DNA from: Azolla caroliniana
Lineage: Eukaryota > Plantae > Polypodiophyta
Reading direction: 5' to 3'
Length of the DNA: 64,000 bases
Assembly (NCBI GenBank): GCA_043228905.1
Contig: JBHGNT010000006.1
Coordinates: forward strand, 19,096,001-19,160,000
The notes beneath the pieces are model-generated. The model had not been told where the DNA came from and searched no databases. It saw only the letters and a program-made list of their open reading frames with translations. The position numbers and the translations under genes are program-made. Positions within the stretch are counted from its first letter, which is position 1, and each line of letters starts with the position of its first letter. Positions 26,424 to 40,476 of the stretch are shown piece after piece.

Positions 26424-26510
26424 TGTTGGAGACAAGGCCGTGTCGATGCGGAAGATCAAGCAGCATTCGATTAGGGTTGAGTACCTGCGTATGACAGTTT
26501 GCAAGATCGT

Positions 26511-26555
<45 letters not shown>

Positions 26556-29500
26556 CACAAAAAGACTCTTTCTATTCAATAGAAACAATAATACAACCAA
26601 CCTTACAAAAAGGTTATTAGGTCACTTTATATAGTGACCGACCTAGGGCAACTACCATTTATGCTAATTACACAAATGTCCCAAACTTGAGCTATACAAA
26701 GGGATAGTGTGAATACGTCCATTGTACACTTGTATTCGACACTCCCCCGTAATGGGCGTATACATGAGTTATCTAAGATTACAGGTATAAACTTAGGTTC
26801 TCGGACATATCAGTTTTTGTTCGAGTCGGCAGGGTCCGAAGGCAGAAGACCGAACTGGTCGGGTCGGAAGAGTTGAAGCCGATCATTAAGGAACTGATGT
26901 CGGTTGTCCGAAACCATCCTGCGCTGTGTCCGGCTCTAACCGGACTGGTTTGTCGTTACGCCCATCTGATGCCGAAGGGACCGAAAGCGGTCTGCCGAAA
27001 GACACTTGGTCATTCCATCTGCAACATTGTCGGTTGTGGATATTTTCTCTAGACCGATTTTCCCTGAAATGACGCAGTCCCGAACGAAGTGATATCGAAC
27101 GTCGATATGTTTGGAGGCGTTGTGGTGAACCGGATTTTTCGACAAGGCAACAGCACCTTGACTGTCGCTATAGACAACTGGAGCCGAGTCATGGTCGACT
27201 TGCCGAAACGTGTGCGCCAGCCGGCCGAGCCACAAAGCTTCTTTTGCAGCGTCGGACGCAGCTACATATTCTGCTTCAGTCGTTGAGGTCGCTGTGCACT
27301 CCTGAAGTTTCGACTTCCACGAAATTGCTCCATTGCCGAATTTGAAGCAGTATCCGGTTGTTGATTTCCGACTGTCTATACAGCCGGCGAAGTCCGAGTC
27401 GGTGTAACCGACTACGCCTGAGGTTGAGTTCGGACCGAAAAGAATGCCGTGATCTTTTGTGCTAGCCAGATATTTGAACACATGCTTGACTGCGTTCCAA
27501 TGCGATCGGCCAGGATTGTGCATAAATCTGCTAACGACTCCTACGGCATGAGAAATATCAGGCCGTGTCGCGACCATCAGGTACATAAGGGGGCCGACTG
27601 CCGGTGCATACGGTACCGACTTCATATCTTCCCCCTCCGGACCGGATGTCGGGCAGTCTTGCTGAGAGAGCCGAAGATTCATGGGGAGCGGGGTTGAAGC
27701 AGATTTGGCTGATTGCATGTTGAAGCGTTCCAAGACACGTCCGATATAGTCGATCTGAGACAAAAAAAGATGTCGTTTGTCGCGATGCCGACTAATCTTC
27801 ATGCCAAGTATGTGTCGTGCCGGACCGAGGTCCTTCATGGCAAACTTCAACCGCAATTGCCGAATGAGATCGGCAAGTTCGCCCGCGTGGCGTCCAGAAA
27901 TTAGCATGTCGTCCACGTAAATGATGAGGAAGATGGGTGATCCATCTTGAGCTGTGTTGGTAAAAAGACAATGGTCCTCATCGCTTTTGGAGAAGCCGAT
28001 CGATTGGATGAAGTCGTCGAACTTCTTGTACCATTGTCGCGGTGCCTGTTTGAGGCCGTATAGACTCTTCCTGAGTCGGCAGACTAGATGTTCTTGGCCA
28101 GTTGCCACGAAGCCTTTTGGCTGCTCCATATAAATTTCCTCTTCAAGATCACCATGGAGGAAGGTTGTTTTGACATCTAGCTGAATCAGCTCCAAGTTGT
28201 CGGCTGCCACTACGCCGAGTAGAAAACGAAGGGTTGTCATTTTCACCACTGGTGAAAAAATCTCGTCGAAGTCGACGCCATATTCTTGTCGGAAGCCCTT
28301 CGCAACTAATCTGGCCTTGTACTTTGGGGTGGTCGAATCAGACGTCTCTTTTAGTCGATAAACCCACTTGCAAGGAAGAGCACGTCGATTCTTAGGTAAT
28401 TCGACCAGATCCCAAGTCTTGTTTGCCCGAATGGAGTGCATTTCCGACTCCATCGCCAGATGCCAGGTGGCTGAATCGACAGATGTCGATGCTTCTTCGT
28501 AAGACGTCGGTTCGCTGGCGTCGGTGAAGAAAATTCCAGGAGAATACCTCTCCGGAGGTTGCGACAGTCTTTCGGATCGTCGAGGTATGATTGGACTGGT
28601 CGTATCGGGTATCGAGGTCGGATGGTCCGAAAGCGGATTATTCTACTGTGCCGAGTCAGAGTTGTCCGAGTCGGTAGTGGAAGGTTTAGCTACCCGTGAA
28701 GCTGACCGTGTGTTAAGAGCGGGGCCTTCTTGAAGGGTCGGCACATCGGAAAATGTTACCCTTCAGACTTCGATCGGTGTTTTGACTGATGGATTCATAG
28801 CCGACTCGTTGAACACAACGTCCGAACTTCGAACGATTTGTCTGCGTTCGGGGTCCCAGAGTCGGTATCCCATTTCGCCGTCTGATCCATATCCAAGGAA
28901 AATGCATTTCCTGGACCGAGGTGCAAGTTTTCGGCGATCATCTTTCGGAATAAGGGCGTACGCCTCGCATCCGAAGATCCTCAGCTTGTCGTAATTCGGC
29001 TTACTGCCGATCCATAGTTCCTGAGGAATTTGAAGTCCTAGAGGTCTGCTTGGCGACATATTGATTATGTGTACTGCCGTGAGTAGAGCCTCTGCCCAGA
29101 AGCCATTCGACAGTCCGGAGTGTTGGAGCATGGAAACTATCCGTTCTTGGATTGTCCGATTCATGCGTTCTGCAATCCCGTTTTGCTCCGGACTGTGTGG
29201 TGCCGTAAATTCACGTCGGATGCCGCGTTGTCGGCAGAATTTGACGAATTCTTCTGATTTGAACTCTCCCCCATTGTCGGTCCGAAAGCATTTCAGTTTT
29301 CGGTCGGTTTGATTTTCTACCATAGCGAGCCAATCGGAGAAGATCGAGAAGACACGATCTTTGGTGCGAATTGGATAAGCCCACACCTTTCGAGTCGAAT
29401 CGTCAATAAAACTGACGAAGTAAGAGGCACCGCCGAGAGACTGATGCGGCATTGGGCCACAGACGTCCGAGTGGACTAAATCGAGAGGTCTCGTTTCTCT

Positions 29501-31746
29501 TGGTGCTGATGTCGGGTGTGATGCGGCTGCTTGTTTGCCATACTGGCAATGTTCGCAGAATTGATGGTCCGAGAAGGAGAGTTTAGGGATGTATCCGGCT
29601 CTAGATAGGTGCGTAATGCCGGCCTTGCTGAGGTGTCCTAATCTTCTGTGCCATAGTGATGACACAGGAATATCCACCAAAAACAGGTTACCCTCTCTGA
29701 GCGTAACATGTAACGGATACAGTGAGTGTATCTTGGGTCCTCTAGCAAGCAGGAGGTTCCCCCTGTGGAGTGTCCACCCTCCCGAAGAAAAACCGGCACG
29801 AATGCCGTCTTCATCTAGTTGTCCGACTGAGATCAATGGCCTTGAGAGCTCGGGTACATGTCGGACATTGTGAAGTACAAGTGTAGAGCCACCTGCAAGG
29901 TTGAGCTCTACTGTGCCGATTCCAATGATGTCACAGTGTTGCGAGTTGCCGACTCGAACTGAGTCGGAGTGACGGATCGTATATTGCCGAAATTGGGATC
30001 GATGAGGAGTCACGTGAAATGACGCGCCCGAATCTAAGAGCCATGTGCTCGATTCTTCAGTCGTGAGCAGAACTTCTGATCCGACTGGATTTTCGATCGA
30101 TAGTATATTCGGGTCGTTTGGTAGCACATCAGCTGAGAAGCTGACGTAGTTGATCTCCTCATGCCGGCCACTCTTCTTGTCTGATTTCTGAGACTTGTCG
30201 TTCTTGTTCTTGAGTGCGCGGCAGTCGGCTTTGATGTGTCCGGGTCTCTTGCAATAGTTGCAGATTCGATTATCCCGTGACTGGCTCCGTCTTCGCTGAT
30301 TGTTCGGCTGCCGTGAGGAATCTCTTCCTCGTATGTTCGATCGGTCTGTCGAACCTTGTACTACATAAGCGTCGTCTGTTGAGTCTTTGGCGAAAGACTT
30401 TCTCCGAGCTGCTTCGGTCAGGATTGCGCTCGTGACTTCGGAGTATTTAACAGCCGTGGTTGACGCGTTGCACACGGTTGTGACGAAAGTTTCCCATGAT
30501 GAGGGAAGGCTGCTCATGAGTACCATTGCTCTGAGTTCATCCTCGATTGCCGTCCCCTGAGATGAGATTTGGGAGCTTATGCTTTCGTACTCATTGAGAT
30601 GTGCTTGAACCGAATCGGATTCTTTCATCCGCAAGTTGTAGAGGCGCCGGATGAGAAACATCTTCGTTGCGGCGACCTTCTTTTCGTAAGTGTCCGACAG
30701 TGTTTTCCACAGTTCGAATGCTGTCGTACACGATTGCACCGTAAAGTATACCGATTCCGATAGGTGCATCCAAATCGTGGCGCGGACGATTCTGTCCAGC
30801 TTCTGCCACTCAATTGGTTTGTATCCTTCTGGAGGTTCTTCATTTTCGATGGGATCGATTTGCCCCTTGACTATGAGATAGTCCTGCATTTGCTCCTTCC
30901 AGAAGTTGAAGTTCGATCCATCGAACTTTCGTAGACTCATTTCTGACGAGCCGGATGTTGATGCCATCAAATTTGGTTTCGGTTGACGAAGCTCGGTTCG
31001 GAGTTGACTACGAACCTTGTTGGAGTGCAGCCGGTTGGCTCACCCGATATCGTTCTAGTCGGATTTGAACCCAAGTCGGTTCGGCTTCGGATATATGTAT
31101 TGTTGAACTTGCTCGAATTGACTCCGGTAACTTGAGGGACAGAACCGACTGGTCTTCCCGAATGTTGCCGAATCGGAGTGAGCACGGTTCGCTTCCGAAT
31201 ATATATGCCAAATACCGATTATTGAAACCGATTGTCTGGACCGATTCTGCTTCGGGTGACTGCAGCGACGAGAGAGACGGATCAAACTGATCCTCCCGAA
31301 TGTCGATCAGCCGGATGAAGCACGAATTGGGGTTGTTGTCTTGAGACCGATCTGCACCGAGTGGTTACAGTGAGCGGCGAGCAGCGTTTGATGACCTCTT
31401 CGGATGCCGTTTAACCGAGTGGAGCACGATCGTGTCAATGTTGCACAAGGGGATTTCACCTCGAGCGGTTACGATTACAAGGAACAGAGTACAACCGGCT
31501 GGCTTACTCCAAGCGAAGATGATCTAACGCGATGAGATGCAAGCCTCGTTTTTCTTCTTCTTCTCTCTTCTTCGAATGACGCAAGAAACCGAATGCTGAG
31601 ACGACGGCCGACAGCGGGATGAAGGACCGAATACTGTGCAGGCTCTGATACCAGATGTTGGAGACAAGGCCGTGTCGATGCGGAAGATCAAGCAGCATTC
31701 GATTAGGGTTGAGTACCTGCGTATGACAGTTTGCAAGATCGTGCAC

Positions 31747-31778
<32 letters not shown>

Positions 31779-31965
31779 GTACAAAAAGACTCTTTCTATT
31801 CAATAGAAACAATAATACAACCAACCTTACAAAAAGGTTATTAGGTCACTTTATATAGTGACCGACTTAGGGCAACTACCATTTATGCTAATTACACAAA
31901 TGTCCCAAACTTGAGCTATACAAAGGGATAGTGTGAATACGTCCATTGTACACTTGTATTCGACA
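26424..31965 (-). mobile_element. Full-length Ty1/copia family B copy B2 (Tnt1/Tork-like), recent insertion
   Basis: Near-identical LTRs at 26424-26741 and 31656-31965 that differ mainly in (GA)n length. Perfect 5-bp TSD CTTCT (26419-26423 and 31966-31970). PBS 31642-31653, PPT 26742-26752. Confidence 0.97.
26936..30970 (-). pseudogene. Single-frame copia Gag-PR-INT-RT-RNase H polyprotein with two in-frame nonsense codons
   Basis: ORFs 28763-30970 and 26936-28453 share a frame. Stops are TGA at 28763-28765 and TAG at 28643-28645. Motifs: CNYCKRPGHIKADC, WLLDSGAS, HSDVCGP, RTDNGGEF, IYVDDML, GYTDSDFAG. Confidence 0.93.
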
Positions 31966-33333
31966 CTTCTAACTAGACCGGTTCAGGCTCACTAGCCTCA
32001 TCCTTTGGTATCGGGTCGGGGTCGGAAGTCGGAGCTGGTAAGGCATACCATGATGTCGTCTCAACATCACGGCTAACTCGGACCTGCTTCGTCCGGGGAT
32101 TATAACACTTATACCCCTTTTGCTCCTGTGAGTAGCCGACGAGGATGCACTTCTTCGATTTTGCATCCAACTCCCTCTGCTTCTCATCCTGCACATGCAC
32201 ATATGCTATGCTTCCGAAAATCTGAAGGTGTCTCAAATTCGGCTTGTGCCCGAAATACAGCTCATGCGCGGACACCTTGTCACTGATCCAGTTTTGGATG
32301 TAGACTATCGTCCGGACCGCCTCCGCCTAGTAGAAATGGGCCATGCTCTTCTCTTCCAGCATTGTCCTTGCCGCGTCGACAAGCGACCGGTTCTTCCTTT
32401 TGGCCACACCGTTTTGCCCCGGTGTGTATCTGTAGCTGAACTCTCTCTGAATTCCTATTTGCTGCAGATAACTATTGAATTGGCCGGAAAAATATTCTTT
32501 TCCGCCATCTTACCGCAGGCACTTGATCTTCCTCTCTGATTCCCGTTCCACCATGCTTTGGAGGTTCCGGAAACAGTCGAAGACTTCACTGTTCCGCTCA
32601 ATGAGGTAGACCCATGTGTGCCAGCTATAGTCGTTGATGAAGGAGACGAAGTATCGACTCTCGCCAAGACTCACGTTTTGTGCCGGTCCCCATACATCCG
32701 AATGAATAAGGTCGAGCTTGTTACGGCTACGGCTTTGTTCGGTGGGGAATGGAAGCTAGTGTTGCTTCCCGAGCTGGCTGGCTTCACATACTTGGGCCTT
32801 CAGGCCACTGAACTTCGACAAACCGAAAACAACTTGTTTCTTTTGCAGGTCTTGAAGCCTCCGGTAATTGACGTGACCGATCCACTTGTGCCAGAGATCG
32901 ATGTCCGATTCAATCTTCTGTCCTTTGGCGAACAAAGCGGTGTCGACGTCATTGGTGTCGAGAATGAACATCCTCTCGTCCTGCGCCCTTGTGCAATAAT
33001 CTGGCCCTCCTCCTCGATGAAGCACCCGAGGTGCGTAAACCGCACCTGCATTCCCTGGTCGACGATCTGTCCGACCGACACCAGGTTCTTCGTGATAGTC
33101 GGAACGTGTAATACGTTCATCAGCTTCCCCCTCTGTCCGACGTGGCTCAAATGGACTTCGCCGATATGCAGGATTGGGCGAGGAGTGTCATCTCCGGTTT
33201 CGACAACTCCCGGTTGTTTCGGTTTCTCCAGGAAGGAGAACCACTCTTTGTGGTTCGTCATGTGATTTGATGCACCGGAATCAACGTACCACACTTCCTC
33301 CGATTTGGAAGTGGTCTTCTTCATCGAATTTGC

Positions 33334-34246
33334 GCTTTTTTAAGATTGCTTAAAGTGTGCGGCACTTCATCGGGGGTTGTTTGGGGTGGACTCAAGTTTA
33401 GATCTTATTTGTATGTCTAAACATAAGTAGTGATATAGTTTTAGAAGAATAGAAAAGTGAGGGCATGGGTGGGGGTTAGGGGAGTGTAGCTTGTTGAAGA
33501 TATCAAAAGTATTTAAACCTAATCAAAGCTTTTAGAACATATTAAAGATCATTGGGATAACTTAAGTTATTAGACACCAATAAAGTATTATTAAAACACC
33601 AATATAGAGTATTATTAAAACGGGACCACACGCTTAGATGAAAGGGAGTTGTTTAAACACACGCTTAAACAAACACTTAAAAGAAAGATTATTATAAAAA
33701 AATAAAAATAAAAATAGAAAAGAGAGATTGAGATTAAAAAATGATTATGGTTTAGAAGGGATTATGATTAAGGGGGAAGGGGTTGCTAAAACAAAGTACT
33801 TAAACGAATGTTTAAACAAATATTTAGATAAGAAAACACTTGGGCAAACACTTAAAGCAGGGTTATGATTAAAAGAGAAGGGAGGGATTATGGTTAAAGA
33901 AAAGGGGTCATGGCTAAGAAGAGAATGATTATGATTAAGAGAGGAGAATACTTAAACAAATGTTTAAACAAAAAGTTAAACCAAAAAAAATGATTGAACA
34001 AGTACTTTAAAAAAAGGGGTTAAACAAGTACGTAATAAAAATGATTATTAAACAAGTACTTAATAGAAAATGATTAAATAAATACTTAAAAACTTAAGAC
34101 AAAAAAAATTGATAAAAAAGTGATTAAACAAGTACTTAATAAAATTTGATTAAATAAGTACTTAAGAACTTAAGACAAAAAATTAGATAAGAGCAACACA
34201 TAGAAGGAAAGAAAGTTTTACTATCATAAGGCAACGATCGGTAGTG
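33334..34246 (-). mobile_element. Probable CACTA (En/Spm) transposon terminal fragment
   Basis: The right end reads CACTACCGATCG on the minus strand, exactly at the junction with host Gag (STTAR|). The AT-rich interior has many TTAAACAAGTAC/ATGATTA subterminal-type repeats. No second TIR or TSD was seen. Confidence 0.6.
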
Positions 34247-35026
34247 TCGGGCTGTAGTGCTTGCGGCGAACACCTTCTTTAGGTTTCCCCAAGCCTCTTT
34301 CGGTGTCTTGACATCTCGGACGTGGCTCAGAAGTTGGTCTCCAACATTGGATGCAAAGCAGTACATCACTCTGCTTGCCGATTGTTCCCACACCGGGAAG
34401 TCCTTGTGTGCCACATCAGGTGCTGTGTCGTTAGCTCCGTCGACATAGCTCTAGTAACCATGCCCGAGCAAGTACTGGTGCATCTTGTATGACCAAGATG
34501 CGTAGTTGGATCTGTTGAGCTTCTCCATCGGGAGCGAGCTAGCCATTCCTCTATCCATTTGTTTTTTTTTGTTCTTTACAAAGGTTAGGTTTTCTTCTTG
34601 CGAAAGCGAATGTCAGTTGCAGAGGTTCTCAACCCTCGTGCTCTGATACCATGTAGAAACAAATAGCCTGCGGAAGCAATAGAAAACAGAAAGCAGAAAA
34701 GAGGTTTAATGGAGAGCTTAACAGTACGCGGGAGAGACAAAGACAGAGAGAGAGCACACAGAAACTCAATTCAAAAAATACTACCCAGTCTGTACATCAT
34801 ATGTGTTCAGTGAACACTTTTATACAAGTCCATCCGGACTGATAGAAGTACGGTGTACTTCAATGCTCACACGAGCGTTTGACACTAACTACGAAATATT
34901 AACTCCCTAGTAGACTAGCTGCTACTTGGCTTCCGGTTACTGCTTGATCCAGCTAATCGGCTCCCCAGCTCACCGGCTCACCCTTCTGGATGCCGATCCG
35001 GATCCGGTTGAGCTTGCCGCTCAAAA

Positions 35027-38000
35027 ATCCTCAAGCAATCAAGGGGGAGAGTTCGAAAGGATGATGCTAATCGTCAAACAAATGATGAGATCTCGGGACA
35101 ACGATGCAAGTGTGGAGAAGGCCGTCGACCGTGTCATAGAGCTCGAGGGTCAATTTGATGGAAGGAACATTACGAAGTTCGTTGATGCATACAATAGGGA
35201 GATGAATCAAAGGGACGTGTCCAAAGTGCGTCAAATTACAAGTTTCAAGAGAGTGGTCGCCAACAACATCCAAAAACGCGTCATTGAGCTTCAAGAAGGC
35301 AAGACAACATGGTCCAAATATCGTATACATGGATGGCAACATGATTTGCTCAAGTGAGACTAGAAGACCCCTACTGGTGAATTTTGGGAGAGGGGGAATG
35401 AAGAAAGCCATGGAAGATGCCGAGGCGATTCATGTGAATGCAATGCACTATGCTACATTGGCCGGAATAAGAGTTGGGAAAGACAAAATTGAAGCTGCTA
35501 GAGTGGGAGCAAAGTTTTGGTCTACCGTTCTCGAGTATGAGAACAAGAGAACGGTCACTTCGAAGGAGGTCGAGCTTGCGGAACGAAGTGTGCAAAGCAT
35601 AACTAGATGGTCGGATCTTGTGGATGACAACACCATACTCGCGGAAGTGATGTGTGACAACCACAAGGTGTTCGTGGATGAAAAGAGAAGAAGAATGGAA
35701 GGGCAAGACAACCCATCAAAAAGACATGAAACAAGGAGCGTGAAAAAAGAAGAAGATGCAGAAATGAGTCGAGCTTTACAAACGGAGGGAGACTCAAGCC
35801 AAGAAGGGGAGTCGAGCAAATGAGATGAAGAAACGGTTCGGCCCGTGAAGGTTAGTGTCGAAGACCCCACTCGTAAGACAAGAATTATGCCTACCTATAA
35901 GCTAAGGTCGGACATTGAGCAAACGACAGATCTGAAGAAGACTCTCGAGGAACGTGTTGTCGATAGCCACGTGACCTTGTCCTTAAGGGAATTGCTCGGC
36001 ATTACGAAGAAGGAGTTCCATAATACGATCATGGACCTTGTGAAGAGAAAAAGGCAACAGTTGGACGAGGAAGAAGAGAAGCCATTAAAAGCAAAAACAA
36101 ATGCCATAATGATGGCAAGGGACGAAGTCGATGAAGATTTGGTGGACAGCCACTATACTCGACCTCATTGGGCACGAGCGACAACGGAGACGCCGATGAA
36201 GATCGGAGAGAAGAAAGAGAACGTGGTAGCCTTGATTGACCATGGCTCGGAGATCAACCTCATGTCGACTGAGTTCTACAAAAAAGGAAGATGGCCAATT
36301 AACACAAACCACGGATAGAAGATTCGAGCGGCAACAAAGACCACAAAGGACTTGTACGGAGCTTGTCCAAATGTTAAAGTCACGATTGGGGATGTGGAGG
36401 TGGATCAACACTTCTTCGTGCAAGAATCGGCTACGCATCCTGTCATCCTAGGACAACCGTATATGACATCATCCCGGATGGAGACCAAGGTGTTCGATAA
36501 TGGAGCAGCCTTCGCGCGGATCAAGAGTCTTGACATCCAAACATCTATTCAATTCCAAACGATGCGGGCTAATCATGAAAGAAATCAAGATAACCTTGCA
36601 GGCGACTCCTTGGATTTTTAGAGCGGACTATTGAAGCATGGGGCACAAATAGTCCGAGCAATCACAAGTCCCCACAAGAAAATAGAGCGCGTGGATTGCA
36701 AGGAGAAGCAAAATGTGCCACACCTAGTGGCACATGTAAACTAGTACTACCCAACAAGAAGGACAAGCGTCAGATACAAGGCTTCGAGAAGATGCTAAAA
36801 GAAGAAAACATAATCGAAGAAGAAGAATTCGTGACTCATATTATGGAAGAGGCCTCATTTAACGACACCATCGGCGAAATTGAGGAAGTCATGGACTTGA
36901 GCTATCTTCACAATCAACACGTGATTTCGGTTAACTCCGTCAACATGTACGCTATCATCGATGAATATCATCGAGGCATCTTGATGGACAGTGGATAGAA
37001 AGATCAAGCCAATTGCGGTTCCGCTACCAAAAGATAGCTAGCAAAAGATGAAGTCGCTAATGATCCAAGCCTAAGGGATCCAAAGGCAATAGGTCATGTC
37101 ATTTCTTCACCGAAGAGACGAAAAGAAAGCTACAAGTTGGGAAGGAGGATTTCCTCCTCCCTAAAGAGGAGCGAATGTTCCGCGGAATGTTTGAAAGACA
37201 TGGGAAGGCTTTCATATTTTCCCCACAAGAAATCGGATGTGTTGATCCAAGGACGATAGAACCGATGGTGATCTTCACAATGCCGCATGTGCCTTGGAAT
37301 TTGAAACCAATATCGGTTCCGAGATCACACCTACCGAAGCTGATCGAGCTCTTAAAGGAGAAGGTGGATATGGGAATTTTGGAACCGTCGAATGCTCCCT
37401 ATTCTAATAGGTGGTTCATGGTGCTGAAGAAGAATGGATCATTGTGATTCATCCAAGATCTTCAACCCGCCAACAAGGTGACAATTCGGAATGCTGGAAT
37501 CGGTCCGAGTGTGGATAAATTTGTCGAAGTGTTTGCGGGCTGATCTATCTACTCCATTAGCGATCTCTACTCTAGATACGATCAATTCCAGTTTGCGGTC
37601 GACAATCGTGACATTACACTATGAGGACTCTGATCGGGCTTGTGCGGATGTGTACCTTACCTCAAGGTGCAACGAACTCGGTGGCTCATATGGTGAATGC
37701 CATGAACAAGGTGTTGAAGGATTGCATCTCGGGCATCACGATGCCATTCTTGGATGATATTCCGATAAAAGGATGTTCAGATGAGGAGAAGGATGAATCG
37801 AAAGATAAGGAAGGGTGTAGAAAGTTTGTCGTGGATCATATGAAAGATTGCGAGAAGGTGCTCCAAAGACACGAAGATGTGAATTTGACATTTTCGGGAG
37901 AAAAATCCGCATTCGGGCAACCGGAGATCTTGGTGGTAGGTCACTTGTGTGGAGTATACAACCGAAAGCCTTTGCCATCCAAGGTGAACGAGATCTAGGT

Positions 38001-40476
38001 CATGAAAGAAGAATGCGTAACCCAAACGGAGGTTCGAAGGTTCCTTGGAGCATGCGCGTTTTATCATATCTGGATTCCGCGATACACTCATGTCACTGAG
38101 TCATTATATGGATTGCTAAAGAAAAGAATGAAGTTTGAATGGCGAGACGAGCATACAAACGCGATGCGAAGATTGAAGAAATTGCTTCTTGAAGCCCCAA
38201 CACTAAGGAAGGCCGACTATACCGAAGGGAAGCCGATTTATGTGACTGTAGATACGAGCCCAACTGGAATCGGGTGGGTCATCAACCAAGAAGGGGAAGA
38301 TAATGCGTAGTATGCCATCTGGTTTGGAGCAAAGGTTCTCAACGAGCGACAACAAAGATATGCCCAAGTCAAGCGGGAACTTTGGGGTATTGTGCCTGCA
38401 GTAAAGATGGACAAAGACTACCTGATCGGGTCGGAAGTGATAATTGAGACAAATTGTCTCCCAATCCTCAGGATGATCTCAGGATGTGTGACACCAGATC
38501 TAGCTATGCTAAGGTGGATCGCCTATATCAAGTCTTTAAACCTAGAGATCCGCTAAATTGTAGGAAAGAAGAACACCATGGCTGACATGCTATCGAGGGC
38601 AAGATTTGAGAATGAAAGTGACATGGTTTCGGAAGATGAAGGCGTCACCCTCGACTTCTTCAAGATGGCCCGATTATCGGCGGAAGACAAGGACACGCAA
38701 ACCCTCCACGCCTTCAATAAGGACGAGTACGAAGGAGAGTGGTTATTGATCACCAGATTCTTAAGAACAATGACGGAGGATGTTTCGTTGACGAAAGAGG
38801 AGGCTCTACAAATCTAGAAGAAAGCTTTCCAATACTTCCTGAAGGGAGGATTCCTCTGGCGACACCCAAAAAGAAGGATAGGAATTCCACGTCGAGTAGT
38901 GGTGAAGAAAGAAGAGCAAGTGACGTTGATGACCGAATTCCACGAGAGTCCTTGGGCAGGTCATAGAGGAACATGGGTGACGTTCGAAAAGTTGAAGGAA
39001 AAGTACTGGTGGCTAAGCGTGTACAAAGTTGTACTCCATTTCGTGTCCACATGCGAAACTTGCCAAGTACATTTGAACATATGTCATCGTGATGAGTTAC
39101 GGCCGACATACCCACTCACCATACACTTCAAATGGATGGTGGATCTAATCTTGATGCCAATGGGAGTGGGACAAATGAAGTACTTAGTACTGGCAAGAGA
39201 AGACCTGACAAATCAAGTGGAAGGATAGGCCTTGGCAAATAAGATGACGTCAACTATTTGCAAATTTCTATTCGAAGAGGTTGTTTGCCGATACGGATGT
39301 GTGGGAAAGATAGTGGCTGATCAAGGGGAGTTGGATGCACGTGAAGCAACGGAGCTCTTCGATCAACTAGGCGTGAATCTCTCCCTCACAACTACCTACA
39401 ATCCAGAAGCAAATGGGAAGATCGAGCGAGGGCATGGACCAATCCTCAAAGCCATCGTATGAGCATGCAACGGTCGAGTCGGGAACTGGCCACGACTATT
39501 GGCCTATGCCTTGTGGGCCGACAGAACTACACAGTTCAGTGACAAGTTATATGCCAACAGAGCTTATGTATGGACAGAAGCCGGTAATGCCCATCGAAAG
39601 GACGATCGCCTCATGGGTAGTGATACCATGGGAGAACGAGATGAGCCAAGAAGAATTATTAGCGGCATGGATAAGGCAACTTGAAAGGAGACCTAAAGAT
39701 CTAGAAAAAGCGTGAAAGATGATGGAGGCAACCCGAGGGAAGAACAAAATTCGGTTCGACAAGATGCATCAACTGCGTCCCAAGAAGATCAAAGAAGGAG
39801 ATTGGGTATTGGTCTACGATAGTAGCCTTGACAATCAACACAGGACAACAAGGAAGTTCACAAGAAGATGGTTCGGACCGTATGTGGTGACAAGTGCCAA
39901 CGACAATGCCACATACCACCTTGTGGAGCTAGACGGATCAAGGTTGGTCGTGCCCATTGCGGGAAAAAGAGTAAAGATTTTCAAGAAAAGACAAGAAGAG
40001 GATCCTGACCTCGACCACCTCGACGATGAAGATAGTAGGACTAAACCTACCGACTTGAGTTACGTGAACGAGGACATGGAGGAATCTGATTGATCACCAT
40101 AGTCGAAATCTCTCACTCTCTCCTCTTGGCACGTACCGGAGGACGTGCGGTTTGGTGGGGGTGGATGTCGTGAAGATTTTCGGTGATAGTGTGTAAATTG
40201 TGAGGAACATACAAAATTGAGTGTGATTCTTCTCACAAGATATGAAACAATAATAGTCAAGATACTATTCTAAATAAGTTTAATATCTTGGTACGAAAAG
40301 ATGGAGGTTTTCAAGAGCTTTCGAATGCACTTTACTACATAAGAAACGGACAACTAAGTGTCAAGTTATTTGGGTATGAAGATTGCGAAGAAAAAGAGAA
40401 AAATAAAACTGTGAGATATCCCACATAGACAGGACAAATAAGGATCCCAGATTATATAAGCAGACCAATATCTCTT
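35027..40476 (+). mobile_element. Degenerate non-chromovirus Ty3/gypsy copy G1 (diverged subfamily)
   Basis: Gag fragments, protease ALIDHGSEINLM, RT LPQGATNS..PFLDDIPIKG, RNase H VTVDTSP, integrase ..RRWFGPY. PPT ~40153-40165. The 3' LTR starts at 40166 and is truncated at ~40476. The 5' end is interrupted by the A5 LTR. Confidence 0.9.

Larger units (their letters stand above)
23467..35026 (-). mobile_element. Ty1/copia family A copy A5 with both LTRs; hosts copia B2 and a CACTA fragment
   Basis: LTRs at 34652-35026 and 23467-23841 (375 bp each, roughly 96% identical by eye). PBS 34640-34651, PPT 23842-23853. Gag fragment, protease (32800-33324), integrase (~32000-33000), RT (25156-25905, LYVDDL) and RNase H (to ~24480), with many stops and frameshifts. 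Confidence 0.93.

Noticed and set aside
33560-34200. Repeated TTAAACAAGTAC units resembling a CRISPR array or satellite
   Set aside because: Degenerate and irregularly spaced, in a eukaryotic context with no cas genes; better explained as transposon subterminal repeats.
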